From the NCBI GenBank assembly GCA_040220235.1, contig JAVJTO010000084.1: a stretch of 64,000 nt of DNA. One strand, written 5' to 3'. This document shows, piece after piece, positions 30,732 through 41,392 of the stretch (position 1 is the stretch's first letter; the number at the start of each line of letters is the position of its first letter). The notes under the pieces are model-generated. The model did no database searches and had not been told where the DNA came from. It saw only the letters and a list, made by a program, of their open reading frames with translations. The stretch is from Coleofasciculus sp. B1-GNL1-01 (lineage in GTDB: Bacteria > Cyanobacteriota > Cyanobacteriia > Cyanobacteriales > Coleofasciculaceae). The translations under genes were made by a program, and so were the position numbers.

Positions 30732-32636
30732 ATGGTTGTATCTCAGAATCCCTCCGTACAGAAAACGTCTAAACTTGAAGGCATAAAAGAACGCAGTAAC
30801 TGCTTACGCGAACCCGTCGCCAGTGAGTTGCTGGAAGACACCACCCACTTCAGTGGTGATGCCGTACAAATTCTGAAATTTCACGGGTCTTACCAGCAAG
30901 ACAACCGCGATAACCGGGTTAAAGGGCAAGAAAAAGACTATCAGTTCATGCTGCGAACCCGTTCTCCTGGCGGGTTTATCCCCCCTCAACTCTATCTGAC
31001 GCTGGATCAACTCTCCGATGAATACGGGAACCATACGATGCGAGTCACCACTCGCCAAGGGTTTCAGCTTCACGGTATTCTCAAAAAGAACTTAAAGGCA
31101 ACCATTGCCGCGATTGTCCGCAATCTCGGTTCCACCCTCGGCGCTTGCGGGGACTTAAATCGCAACGTCATGGCGCCTCCCGCCCCGTTCAAAACTCGTC
31201 CAGAGTACCAATATGCCTGGGAGTATGCCAATAAAATTGCCGATTTATTAACCCCTCAGACGGGCGCTTATTACGAAATTTGGCTGGATGGGGAAAAGGC
31301 AATTAGCGCTGAAGAAGCCCCAGAGGTGAAAGCGGCGCGTCAGCGTAATGGCAACGGTACGATATTTGCGGATAAAGAAGAACCGATTTACGGGGAACAT
31401 TATATGCCCCGTAAGTTTAAGTGTAGTGTTACTGTTCCCGGCGATAACTCCGTTGATCTCTACACCCAAGACGTCAGCTTAGTGGTGATGATGAATCAGC
31501 AGGGAGAATTGGAAGGATTTAATGTTCTCGCGGGTGGTGGTTTAGGGCGCACCCATAACAAAGAGGAAACCTTTGCCCGTATGGCTGATCCGATTGGCTA
31601 TGTGGCAAAAGATGATATCTTTGATTTGATCAAAGCGATTGTGGCAACTCAGCGAGACTATGGCGATCGCGTTAATCGTCGTCATGCGCGAATGAAGTAC
31701 CTGATCAATGATTGGGGGGTTGATAAGTTCCGCGCTCAAGTTGAAGACTACTTCGGTAAGCCTATCGCCCCCTACAAACCCCTCCCCGCCTTTAAATACA
31801 AAGACTATCTGGGATGGAACGAGCAAGGAGACGGTAAGTTATTTTTAGGCATTTCCATTGAGAATGGGCGAGTTAAAGATGAGGGCAATTTCCGACTCAA
31901 AACAGCCCTGCGGGAAATTGTCAAGCAATTTGACCTACCCATGCGGATGACACCCAATCACAATGCCATTCTTTATGAGATTGAAAAGGATCAGCAGCAA
32001 TCCATTGAACAGATTCTCAACCAACACGGGGTGCAAATTACCCCAGAGGGAATCGAACCCTTAGTCCGCTATTCCATGGCTTGTCCCGCCCTTCCCACCT
32101 GTGGGTTAGCAATTACTGAATCAGAACGGGCAATTCCGGGAATTACGGTGCGGATTCGGACATTGTTGGACAAGCTGGGATTAAAGGATGACCATTTTGT
32201 CATCCGGATGACAGGATGTCCCAATGGATGTGCCAGACCTTACATGGCAGAATTAGGATTCGTGGGCAGTGCGCCTGGAAAATATCAGGTTTGGTTAGGC
32301 GGTTCACCGGATCAGACGAGGTTAGCACAAGCCTATATCGACAAACTACCGATTGAGGAACTCGAATCCTTCCTCGAACCCATGTTCATGCAATTCAAGC
32401 AACAGCGCGAACTCGGGGAAAGTTTCGGTGATTTTTGCGATCGCGTGGGATTTGATGCGATTCGAGACTATTCGGCTAATTATGAATTCCCCAAACCCAC
32501 CAAGAAAACCCGCCATCGGATTTCCCTCAATGATGATCTGTACAGCCGTCTCAAAGACGCCGCCGCCAGTCAAGGGAAACCGATTAGCCATCTGGCTGCT
32601 GACGCGATCGAGGCGTTTCTCAATCAGTCATCGTGA
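30732..32636 (+). CDS. sir: Ferredoxin-dependent sulfite reductase
   Basis: [35 protein letters not shown] and GCPNGC siroheme/4Fe-4S ligands. Confidence 0.96.
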   Translation: MVVSQNPSVQKTSKLEGIKERSNCLREPVASELLEDTTHFSGDAVQILKFHGSYQQDNRDNRVKGQEKDYQFMLRTRSPGGFIPPQLYLTLDQLSDEYGNHTMRVTTRQGFQLHGILKKNLKATIAAIVRNLGSTLGACGDLNRNVMAPPAPFKTRPEYQYAWEYANKIADLLTPQTGAYYEIWLDGEKAISAEEAPEVKAARQRNGNGTIFADKEEPIYGEHYMPRKFKCSVTVPGDNSVDLYTQDVSLVVMMNQQGELEGFNVLAGGGLGRTHNKEETFARMADPIGYVAKDDIFDLIKAIVATQRDYGDRVNRRHARMKYLINDWGVDKFRAQVEDYFGKPIAPYKPLPAFKYKDYLGWNEQGDGKLFLGISIENGRVKDEGNFRLKTALREIVKQFDLPMRMTPNHNAILYEIEKDQQQSIEQILNQHGVQITPEGIEPLVRYSMACPALPTCGLAITESERAIPGITVRIRTLLDKLGLKDDHFVIRMTGCPNGCARPYMAELGFVGSAPGKYQVWLGGSPDQTRLAQAYIDKLPIEELESFLEPMFMQFKQQRELGESFGDFCDRVGFDAIRDYSANYEFPKPTKKTRHRISLNDDLYSRLKDAAASQGKPISHLAADAIEAFLNQSS

Positions 32637-32670
32637 CATCCTCCCACACCAAATCAAAGATTATGGTGCG
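32633..32670 (-). mobile_element. Isolated IS200/IS605-type right-end hairpin overlapping the sir stop codon
   Basis: Reverse strand gcaccataatctttgatttggtgtgggaggatgtcac; same GAGGATGTCA end as the 60732 element. Confidence 0.5.
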
Positions 32671-32706
32671 TTGCTCCCAACATCGCTGTTAGACATTTGA
32701 TGTACC

Positions 32707-32874
32707 GTAGGGTGGGCATTGCCCACCAGCCTTAATTCAGTACCATTCATCTTAAATTAGATGTAACTGATTAAATTGATCAGGTAGGGGCACGATACTA
32801 TCGTGCCCTTTATCAAATCCATGCTCCCATTGCACCTTCACCTTGTTGGGTTTCGTACCTCAACCCAACCTACA
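32707..32874. repeat. Cluster of GTAG-type REP hairpins
   Basis: gtagggtgggcattgcccacc, gtaggggcacgatactatcgtgccc, gttgggtttcgtacctcaacccaacctac. Confidence 0.7.
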
Positions 32875-32904
32875 ACCTATCCCACAATTAACGATTCAAC
32901 TGTT

Positions 32905-33528
32905 ATGAAAAGCAGTATGACATTTAGCACCATTGTTGCATTATTCAGTGCGATGGTTGTTCTGGCTTCTATTCCCAGTGTCAGTGTATTGACTGTCTCT
33001 ACCCGATCCGCTACATCTGGATTTATTCATGGTGTTTTCACCACTCTAGGAATAGTAGTCGGTGACATTATCTTCATTATCATCGCTATTTGGGGTTTAT
33101 CACTGCTGGCAGCAAAAATGGGAGGATTATTTTTCCTGATTAAGTACTTGGGTGGCGCTTATCTTATCGGGTTGGGAATAGGGTTATGTCGGGCAAAATT
33201 GAATAATGTGGAGACAGCCGCCGTTATGGAATCTTCTTGTCTGTCTAGTTTTATCGCAGGACTATCTATTACATTAGCCGATCAAAAAGCAACCTTATTT
33301 TATCTGGGGTTTTTCCCAGCTTTTATTGATCTGTCCCAAATCTCTTATCTTGATACTCTCATCATTATCGCGATTACTACCGTAGCTGTAGGCGGTGTTA
33401 AACTTGGTTATGCATTCATGGCGGATAAAGCGCGATTACTGATTAGTTCTAGAATCAGAAAAGGAATAAATATGATGGCAGGCTGTATCATGATTGCTGT
33501 GGGAGTGTTTTTGATGATCAAACCTTAA
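32905..33528 (+). CDS. LysE/RhtB family exporter
   Basis: IPSVSVL.V..RS...GF.HG..TTLGI..GD, KYLGGAYLI.LG, DQKA.LFY..FFPAF; upstream ORF extension is REP-derived. Confidence 0.88.
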   Translation: MKSSMTFSTIVALFSAMVVLASIPSVSVLTVSTRSATSGFIHGVFTTLGIVVGDIIFIIIAIWGLSLLAAKMGGLFFLIKYLGGAYLIGLGIGLCRAKLNNVETAAVMESSCLSSFIAGLSITLADQKATLFYLGFFPAFIDLSQISYLDTLIIIAITTVAVGGVKLGYAFMADKARLLISSRIRKGINMMAGCIMIAVGVFLMIKP

Positions 33529-33585
33529 TTGACTTTATCGAATAATTATGTTATAATTAAGGATTGTTAAGTAATCTCATCCTTC

Positions 33586-34779
33586 TTAACCTCTCTCCCG
33601 TACCACCCATTCCTCAAAGAGTTTTGAACCCATCCTGTATCGCTCATCATCTAGTTGGCGAATCACACCCGTTCCCGTCAAAACTTCCAGCGCATCCGCA
33701 ACTTGTCCAAAACTCAATTGTGCTTGTTCTGCTACTGTCTCAGCCGTTCCCTCTCGCTGTTGAACGAGGGTACGATAAACAGTTTGTTCTACCTGACTAA
33801 AACCATAAGATCGTTGATCTTCATCCCACCAAGCGGAAAAATCGCGGTCATGTTTTCGTTGTTGATGCAGCATAAAACTCTCAGTCGAACGGGATTTACC
33901 CATCTGATAATCATCGAAAATTTCATTCATGAGTTGTTGAGTGAGATAGGGATGATATCCAGCCCAATCTAGAATCGTATTAACTCCCGATTCTGTGAGG
34001 GGAACACCTTCATTTTGACTGCGTTGAACAATCAGCGATCGCGTGTCGGATTCAGTTAATGTCCCTAACCATTCTACATCAGCAATATTTAACAGCGGAG
34101 AACCGACTCGTTGCTGATAATCTTTCAAGTCACGATAGCCAGAGAAACAGAATCCTAAGAAAGGGTTGATAGCGGTGTCAGTGTCTTTTAATCCCCGCAG
34201 ATAACTCCAAGCATCATTTGCCCACTCTTGGCGAACAATAAATTATGCGCCATCTAAGAGAAAGCAAATGCCTTCAAGGTTGTGCTTTTGCAGGTGTTTA
34301 ATAATTCTTAATAAATCTTGGCGGAAGTCTTCGTGAATTAAACGCCGTTCTTGATGGGGATTGGTAACATTTAATTTAAATCCAGATATGCCAATTTCGC
34401 CGCCATAAAACTGTCTGAGTAAGCGGCGATAGGTTCGTCTCAAGCCTAATCGAGACTCAGCGTTTGACGATTGGGTTTGCTTTTGGATAAGCGCTTCTTG
34501 TAGTCGGAGAATGAGCAAATATCGGAAGTTATCTAGACTTTCGGGTTGCTCTTGTTGTAAATTAAAGAGAACGGGAAAAGCACGGCTATTTTGGTTAAAT
34601 AGCGTCCATTGAATGGCATTTAATGTGCTAGTTTTACCCAAGCGGCGTCCACCGAGAATGATTCTCACTTGAAAAGGCGATCGCATGACGTTGGCGAGGA
34701 GTTCCTGGCGTCCGAAAAAGTAGTCGGGCTTCGAGATAGCGAGTCTAAAGTTATCGAAGGGGCGATTGGTGTTGGTCAT
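33586..34779 (-). pseudogene. P-loop NTPase (STAND/AAA_35-like) interrupted by a single in-frame TAA
   Basis: FFGR, Walker A GGRRLGKTS, Walker B CFLLDGA*; frame continues FIVRQEWANDAWSYLRGL...SGYRDLKDYQQRVGSPL, AGYHPY and wHTH; TAA at 34243-45. Confidence 0.8.
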
Positions 34780-34965
34780 TTGTCAAAACACTGATTTCAC
34801 GGATTTATTGCCGAGATTTGGGTAGGGAGGTGAGAGTTTATTCGCACTGATTACACAGAGAAGTTAGTTTTCTGTCAAGAGAGTGGGGATGAGGATTTTC
34901 CAGGAGATGATTTCGTCATTCATCATTTGTCATTCGTTGTTGTCTCAATGGGTAAAATGATATTA

Positions 34966-37455
34966 TTATAGCTGCCATTGTTGCATCTGTTCGGGTTTCA
35001 TTTGCATCTGTAGCCAGCGGGATAGAAGGGGAACCTGTAACTGATAGTAATCCTTATTCGCGATCGCGTCTCGATGGATTAATCCTACGGCTTCTAGCCA
35101 GAGGAGAGCGTCTAGACATTGGCTTTCGGTGAATTCGGGGTTGAGTCGGGCAAATAAGGCTTCCTCGGTTATCTGCGGCTGAGTCTCTTGGTTACAGGTG
35201 AGGAGTTTCAGCAGCGCGATCGCACAGGTAAAATTACGCTTGTCTAAATCTGCCCAAATATTTTGTCCAAAGTAGTCTTTGAGTACACCGGAATAGGTAA
35301 AGGGTTTATTCAGATAGCGTTGGGCGGCGGATAGGTTAATTTTGCCCTTATTTTCCGGGGCGACTTTGTTAAAGAGTAAACTTGCCAATTGTCTGGCAAT
35401 AAAGGGATGTCCACCACTTTCTCGATGGATGGCGATTTGAGTAGCTTGGTCAAAGGTTACGCCCATTAGTTCACCAATATCCGTCAGCATTCGGGTTGTC
35501 TCAGATTGGGAAAAGGGAGAGACAAAGTATTCTTTAAAAAAGCTAAACACTGGATTGGTGGGGACATCCGGTTGTTGCCATTGATTAATCCGATTACAGT
35601 CCGCATGGACATCAGCCACCAGTAAGGAGAGTTGGCGCTGTTCCTGACTTAATACTCGCAGTACGCCGAAACAAGCGTTGAATTCTTCGGTGCGTTCTTT
35701 GGGGTCAGTTTTTGTGGGAAGAATGCGTTCGATTTCATCTAAAAAGCAGAGAATGGGTAAGTGATATCCGGCGGCTTGGAGTAAGGGGGATAAGGTATTG
35801 ATGCGCTGGGTGAATTCAGAGATTAAATCAGGCGCTGGGCTATCTTGGGGAAAGGGTTTAAAGTTTGTAGTGAGCGCTTTAGCGCTTCCGGCACTAAAGT
35901 GCCTACTACGAACCCAGCTTAAGTCAGTACCCTTTGATTGAGGATGGTGTTCATTCACTAATTTGCTCAGTTGTTGTAGGATTTGATTGAGTAATTCAGC
36001 CCCATAACGCTGTTTTCCGCCATAGCGTTGCAGGTCAATATGAACCACGGGATGCTGGCGCATGGCAAAACTTAGTTGTAGGAGAATGGAGGTTTTGCCA
36101 GATTTGCGTAAGCCAAAGAGTCCAATTCCTTGGTTACGACGTAGTTCTTCTTCCAGAGGATTGAGAAGTTCGACACGACCGAAAAACGAGAGAGTATCGC
36201 CAATAGCATTCCGATCATCAAACAAGTCAGCACCGGGTAAATAGCGGTCTGTATATTGGGCTAAAAGTCCAGAAGCTTTGCTACTATCTAATAACGCCTG
36301 TTCAATCGCCGCCAAAGGAATCGGAATCAGGATAAAATGGTCGCGTAGTCTAACTTCCGCCATCCGCATTCGGAATAAGGTATCTGGTGGTTCTTGATAC
36401 AACAAGATACCCGCTTTTTGTTGAGAGTTGTCGGTTAATTGGCTAAATTGTTTGACCAACTCCGTTACATCTTCGGCAACAGGTTGGTCAAGAGTTAGCA
36501 TGATTGGTAAAGGTGTATAGGATTTCAATCTACCTGGAATTGAGATAAGTTTGAGACTCCGTTTCCCTTGACGGCTGGTGGTTGCGCCTGTGTGTTGGAA
36601 GAATTCCTGGACTTGTGAGCGAAAGTAATCAAATCTTTCTTTCTGTTCTCTAGATTGGACAAGAACTCGACTGAACTGCAAGAATAAGTCAGGGCGACGC
36701 CAGATAATTATACCACCGATGATTGATAGTAATGCGAGGGCAATCAAGATTACATTCGAAAATTTAGATCGAATGCGATCGCCCCGTTCCGCGTTCAGAA
36801 TAGTTAGAGAGTCTCGTATTGTTTCGATGTCTTCCTGTTTAAAGCTTTCATCAATTGGATTGAGGGTAGTCTCAATATTTTGGAAAGAAGTGATACGATT
36901 TTGAGCCTGTTCTAAATTAGAGATAGCTTGCACTAAATCAGATGTGGATAGACGCTCTACCTTATCTTGGCGATTTTCAGCAATTTTAGCGATAGCAGAC
37001 GCTGCATTAATACGAATGAGTTCATCCTGACTCTGTAAAGCTTCAGTCAGGCTAGGAAAAGCCAGTGAACCCATTTGACTGAGAGCAAAAGTCGCACTAT
37101 AACGAGCCGATACGTTTTTATGTTTAAGAGTTTCGATTAAGCTAGGAATAGCAGGTGAACCAATTTTGATTAAGGCAAAAGTTGCTCTGAGGCGAACCAC
37201 CTCATCTTGCTCAGTTTTTAGGGCGGTAATTAACGCTGGAATAGCGGTTTCTGAACCCATTTCCCCCAACGCTGAAGCGGCTTGACTGCGCTTGCGCCAA
37301 TCGTCATCTTTTTTTAATTGTTCTATATAAGAGGACGTCTCTTTATCAACAGATTCTTGTCCCCATCCCTGACTCACACTCACCAGAGGAAATGAGAGGC
37401 TGATACAGCAAATTATGATGAAGGTAAAACCATTTCGTTTAGCTTGTGTAAGCAT
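34966..37455 (-). CDS. Signal peptide + HEAT repeats + TM helix + cytoplasmic STAND-like P-loop NTPase with wHTH
   Basis: PBS-lyase HEAT repeats (R..AA.ALG.MG...AIPALI.AL); TM VILIALALLSIIGGIIIW; FFGR; Walker A GLRKSGKTS; Walker B ILCFLDEIE; SGGHPF. Confidence 0.85.
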   Translation of the reverse strand: MLTQAKRNGFTFIIICCISLSFPLVSVSQGWGQESVDKETSSYIEQLKKDDDWRKRSQAASALGEMGSETAIPALITALKTEQDEVVRLRATFALIKIGSPAIPSLIETLKHKNVSARYSATFALSQMGSLAFPSLTEALQSQDELIRINAASAIAKIAENRQDKVERLSTSDLVQAISNLEQAQNRITSFQNIETTLNPIDESFKQEDIETIRDSLTILNAERGDRIRSKFSNVILIALALLSIIGGIIIWRRPDLFLQFSRVLVQSREQKERFDYFRSQVQEFFQHTGATTSRQGKRSLKLISIPGRLKSYTPLPIMLTLDQPVAEDVTELVKQFSQLTDNSQQKAGILLYQEPPDTLFRMRMAEVRLRDHFILIPIPLAAIEQALLDSSKASGLLAQYTDRYLPGADLFDDRNAIGDTLSFFGRVELLNPLEEELRRNQGIGLFGLRKSGKTSILLQLSFAMRQHPVVHIDLQRYGGKQRYGAELLNQILQQLSKLVNEHHPQSKGTDLSWVRSRHFSAGSAKALTTNFKPFPQDSPAPDLISEFTQRINTLSPLLQAAGYHLPILCFLDEIERILPTKTDPKERTEEFNACFGVLRVLSQEQRQLSLLVADVHADCNRINQWQQPDVPTNPVFSFFKEYFVSPFSQSETTRMLTDIGELMGVTFDQATQIAIHRESGGHPFIARQLASLLFNKVAPENKGKINLSAAQRYLNKPFTYSGVLKDYFGQNIWADLDKRNFTCAIALLKLLTCNQETQPQITEEALFARLNPEFTESQCLDALLWLEAVGLIHRDAIANKDYYQLQVPLLSRWLQMQMKPEQMQQWQL
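35862..35930 (-). repeat. Small dispersed repeat inserted in frame within the NTPase gene
   Basis: Reverse complement of the 8516-8581 element; encodes TDLSWVRSRHFSAGSAKALTTN. Confidence 0.85.
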
Positions 37456-37506
37456 AGCATTGATAAAAGTTCGTTCGTAGTTGCGCTTTAGCGCTATCCG
37501 TTCCGC

Positions 37507-39015
37507 TTAATTCAGTGATTTATCATAATCGGGAATTCGCCGAGTGCGGTAGGTTAGAGGAAGTGCATTTTGATTTTTTATTCTTTCGGTTAACCATTCA
37601 GGTTGCTCACTTAGGGAAATTGACATTGTATCATCAGGAGACACTTGATAAACCCATTCAACACCAGGACAAATCTTAGACTCCATATTCGGGACTGACG
37701 GGGGCCATTTTCCGGTTTTTGCGGCTATTGCTTTAACCTGCAATATTTTTTGAGTTAATTCTAATTCAAGCATATATTGGGTTGCTCTGTGATGTCCATT
37801 GAACCTGGCTGGTACTATTGTCTGACCGGGAATATTCCACCAGGCTGGAGTTGTATCAATTGTTGCTGATGCAGCTGAATCTGACAAACATATATTCTGT
37901 TGCTTCGATTCTGCCAGACGTTTTATTTGTATATTATACGTATCAATTGCAGAAAAGCGACGATAAGGTTTGAAAATAGGAAATTTGATTAGGAAAGCCA
38001 ATAATAAATCTTCCGGACTAAACACCTCTTCAGTTGAATATACAAGAGGTAAATATAAAGGTGAACTTCGCATAAAGTTGAATTCAAATAAAAAATCTGT
38101 TTCTAGAGAAATTAACACTGATTGATGGTAGTCATGTTCTAGCAAGCGCTGCTGCCACTCTACGGGAAGATATTCAAGCTTTCTGATTACACCTGTACTA
38201 TATCTACCCATAATTAAGACAACCAATTGACTAATAAGATAATAGTCGTTACGAAGTGACTGATTGAGTCTCCAGGATACCTCTAGCATTTCTTCGGCTT
38301 GTTTAACTTGACCACGGCTATTTTTTTCTAAGACATCCAGTAAAATTACCTTTTGTAAATTAATTAAATTCAAATGACTGGGAAAACCAAACGTATAATC
38401 ACTCTCCACTATTGGAGTCATATCTCTCTCCCACTGTGGAACTTCATTATTTAAGATATGCTGACGAATAGTTTCTATATTTTCCTTATTATTCATCAAA
38501 TATTGCCTTAATTTATCGGGTATTGGATCGACTGTATCATTAGGTTTGCTTATTTGAGCATCCAAATAATCCCCTAGTTCTTCCCGAATTGCTTCAAAAG
38601 CCTGTCGGTCACTTTCAGAAACAGCAAAACCGGGATGAGACCTGGTATAAACGTCGAAAGTAAACTCAGTCGCACCACCACCAGGTATTCCCAATTTTGC
38701 CATCAAAGCTCGCAACTTCAACGCCGAATCATTTGGTTCAGTATCCGGAAACCGTTCGACAAATTCTTCGATATCCTGTTCAATTTCCTTTTCCTGCTGA
38801 GATGCGAGGAAATTACCGCCAATCATCCAGATAGCTAATAATCCAATTACACTCGGTACGAACCAGCGAAGTGACTTGAGGAGAAAAATTAAACTGGGAA
38901 TTGACCACTGTCTTAATTTAGCTGATGATATACCAATAACTCTGAACAGCCCTTGTTCTATACTTTTGGTTCCCGGAATAGGAGTAAATAATAGTTTAAC
39001 GATTTTTTCTCGCAT
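37507..39015 (-). CDS. Hypothetical membrane-anchored protein
   Basis: About 500 aa, N-terminal TM, C-terminal ELTQKILQVK......GKWP motif; AT-rich. Confidence 0.75.
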   Translation of the reverse strand: MREKIVKLLFTPIPGTKSIEQGLFRVIGISSAKLRQWSIPSLIFLLKSLRWFVPSVIGLLAIWMIGGNFLASQQEKEIEQDIEEFVERFPDTEPNDSALKLRALMAKLGIPGGGATEFTFDVYTRSHPGFAVSESDRQAFEAIREELGDYLDAQISKPNDTVDPIPDKLRQYLMNNKENIETIRQHILNNEVPQWERDMTPIVESDYTFGFPSHLNLINLQKVILLDVLEKNSRGQVKQAEEMLEVSWRLNQSLRNDYYLISQLVVLIMGRYSTGVIRKLEYLPVEWQQRLLEHDYHQSVLISLETDFLFEFNFMRSSPLYLPLVYSTEEVFSPEDLLLAFLIKFPIFKPYRRFSAIDTYNIQIKRLAESKQQNICLSDSAASATIDTTPAWWNIPGQTIVPARFNGHHRATQYMLELELTQKILQVKAIAAKTGKWPPSVPNMESKICPGVEWVYQVSPDDTMSISLSEQPEWLTERIKNQNALPLTYRTRRIPDYDKSLN

Positions 39016-39832
39016 AGTTTTATTGCTCTGTGCATCTGTAATTAACGTATCTACACCACATATATATCTTGGCAAAGATGCGTTACGCTACGCTAACACA
39101 CCCTACACATAGAACACTTAGAGGCTTTGCATAAGTCCTAACCTAATCATACCTATTTTAATTCCTGGCTAATGCACTAAACGACTTTTTTGTCAAATTC
39201 GTCCCTTTGTGAGTTCTAAAAATTAGGTAATGTAATATATTTGTATTTTTTAAATTTTTACGACAGTAGAGAGGATGAAAATACGCCTTTTCAAGGCGTT
39301 TAAGCGATGTAGTTAAAAAATTTGCTACAAAAAACACCCAATACAACATTATCGCAACAACATACTACAACCTCAAACCCCCGTCAACTCAGGATTTGCC
39401 AGTGACTTTTTCTGCCAGCCCTAAATCTGACTATCTTGAGAATATTAAAACTCAAACATAAAATTGAAAAGTTTTACTTATTAAACCAGGCTTGATCAGC
39501 ACCAAGCTTGGCTGAAAGCAAAGACAGCGCCACCACAAGCTAAGTTATCAGGGGTTGGTGGAATAAGTAGGCGGACACAATTAAAGTTAACGGTTGAGAT
39601 TAGGGAACAGTTTTCGCGTCCGGATTTTCGACGACAGGTGGTGAGGGTTTAACCGTGGAGGAGGGTTCGATATCCGGTTGGGGTGGCATTGGGTTAGTTT
39701 TCATCGTCACGTTTCCTTAATGTCGCTTGCGATCGCAGGATTCGGCATTAGCCGTTTATGATCGAATAGGGTCGATCGACTTAGCTGTAAAGAACAACGC
39801 GATCGCGACAAATCTGACTACCACCGACTGAG

Positions 39833-40534
39833 ATGATTGACTTTACCCTCTGGGATCAACTATTACGCCAATACGTTGATGAAAATGGTCGCGTCAATTA
39901 TCAGGATTGGTCAAAACATTCATACCAAACCCTGATGAATTGGCTAAAGACTGTAGAACAACTCGATCCCAACTCTCTCTCCAATCCCGATGAACGATTA
40001 GCGCTATGGATTAACCTCTACAATGCCTCTGTGATTGCTTCCATTTTGGCACGCTACCCGATCAACTCCATCCTACCCCGGATTTTTGGTATCCCTAACT
40101 GGCTAGCCTTTCTCTGGTTCTTTATCCATCCTTTGCCACCCAATCGCCGTTACAGCCTCAACCAAATCGAACATAAAATCCTTCGCCGCGACTTCAACGA
40201 ACCCCGCATTCATTTTGCCTTGGTTTGTGCAGCAATTGGCTGTCCTTTGCTGCGTCCGGGTGCGTATTGGGCAGAATCGGTACGCAACCAATTAGAGGAA
40301 GACGCCAGTCGCTTTATTAATAATTCTGATAAAGTTCGATACGAGCAATCGAATCAAACCCTTTATTGTAGTCGCATCTTCAAATGGTACGGGGATGACT
40401 TTCTCAACGTCGCTGACTCCATCCCCGATTATATCCGCGCTTACCTGAAAACTGAGAGTGCGATCGCGTCTGATACTCCTATTATTTACCTGGACTACGA
40501 CTGGACACTTAACGATCAGCGAATATCCTCGTAA
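39833..40534 (+). CDS. DUF547 domain protein
   Basis: WDQLL..YV...G.V.Y, LALWINLYNA, SLNQIEH.ILR..F.EPRIHFALVCAA.GCP.L, Y.W.LN. Confidence 0.9.
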   Translation: MIDFTLWDQLLRQYVDENGRVNYQDWSKHSYQTLMNWLKTVEQLDPNSLSNPDERLALWINLYNASVIASILARYPINSILPRIFGIPNWLAFLWFFIHPLPPNRRYSLNQIEHKILRRDFNEPRIHFALVCAAIGCPLLRPGAYWAESVRNQLEEDASRFINNSDKVRYEQSNQTLYCSRIFKWYGDDFLNVADSIPDYIRAYLKTESAIASDTPIIYLDYDWTLNDQRISS

Positions 40535-41250
40535 AATTTTTTCAGATAGGCTGCGGGCATTCCCAACCCCCACAAGACACCCACATAAATATAAATCGCC
40601 GTTGCTTTCAGTGATCCCCAACGTGCTACGCGGCGATCAGAACTCTGAACCACTCGATTCACCAAACGAATTCGTCCCCGCTTGACTAACTTCAGACATA
40701 AATCCGCCTCTTCCATAATCGGTAACGTGGGATCAAACCCGCCACATTCCCAGAAATCGAAGCGGCGAACAAACATCACTTGATCCCCAAACAGCAGGCG
40801 CAATCCCCGACAAAATAAATGAGGTCGAAATAGTAGAGGTGCATAGTAAGTTTTCAGGTAATTATGCAACGATATTCCCCAGCGTGTTGTTCGTGAACCT
40901 GCCATCAGGGAGATAAATCCGCCACAGACGACAGTGGGGTCAATTAAAGTCTGCTGAATCACTGATATTAAATCATCTGGCACTAATGTGTCAGCATGAA
41001 GAAAACAGAGAACCTCTCCTTTTGCCTGCTGTGCGCCTTGGTTCATCTGAATCGAACGTCCAGCGTCCTTTGAGAGTATAACCTGTACTCCGGCGGATGA
41101 CGCGATCGCGACGGTCTCGTCTTCACTTCCACCATCCACCACAATCACCTCTAAAGCAGGAGGTGTCAACACATTGAGATGGCGCAAGGTACGTTCTAAA
41201 CAACTTGCCTCATTCAGGGTAGGAATGATAATGGATACAGAAGATGACAT
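40516..41250 (-). CDS. TIGR04283-type glycosyltransferase (arsenosugar-associated GT2)
   Basis: VSIIIPTLNEA, VDGGS.D.T, GRS.QMN.GA, FLHADT, FGDQ..F, MEE..L, SS.RR. Confidence 0.85.
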   Translation of the reverse strand: MSSSVSIIIPTLNEASCLERTLRHLNVLTPPALEVIVVDGGSEDETVAIASSAGVQVILSKDAGRSIQMNQGAQQAKGEVLCFLHADTLVPDDLISVIQQTLIDPTVVCGGFISLMAGSRTTRWGISLHNYLKTYYAPLLFRPHLFCRGLRLLFGDQVMFVRRFDFWECGGFDPTLPIMEEADLCLKLVKRGRIRLVNRVVQSSDRRVARWGSLKATAIYIYVGVLWGLGMPAAYLKKFYEDIR

Positions 41251-41287
41251 GATTGATCGATAGTGTTGGTCTAAGTAGTCGGAAAAA

Positions 41288-41347
41288 CTGTTGTAATGCG
41301 AGCATCTTGCTCGCTACTCATTCCCAATTTAAATGTGTGACCGCTTA
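41288..41347 (-). mobile_element. MITE family A half copy
   Basis: Reverse strand taagcggtcacacatttaaattgggaatgagtagcgagcaagatgctcgcattac. Confidence 0.65.
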
Positions 41348-41392
41348 CTTAGAGCTTTCAAAATAGGATAAATATATAGATTTTGCCTTGAA

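Noticed and set aside
34243..34245. Selenocysteine or pyrrolysine readthrough in the NTPase
   Set aside because: The stop is TAA, not TGA or TAG
39120..39423. Possible MITE with AGGGCTG..GAA.AAGTC-type ends (similar ends near 4435, 18610, 42161)
   Set aside because: The ends are too degenerate to delimit the element by eye
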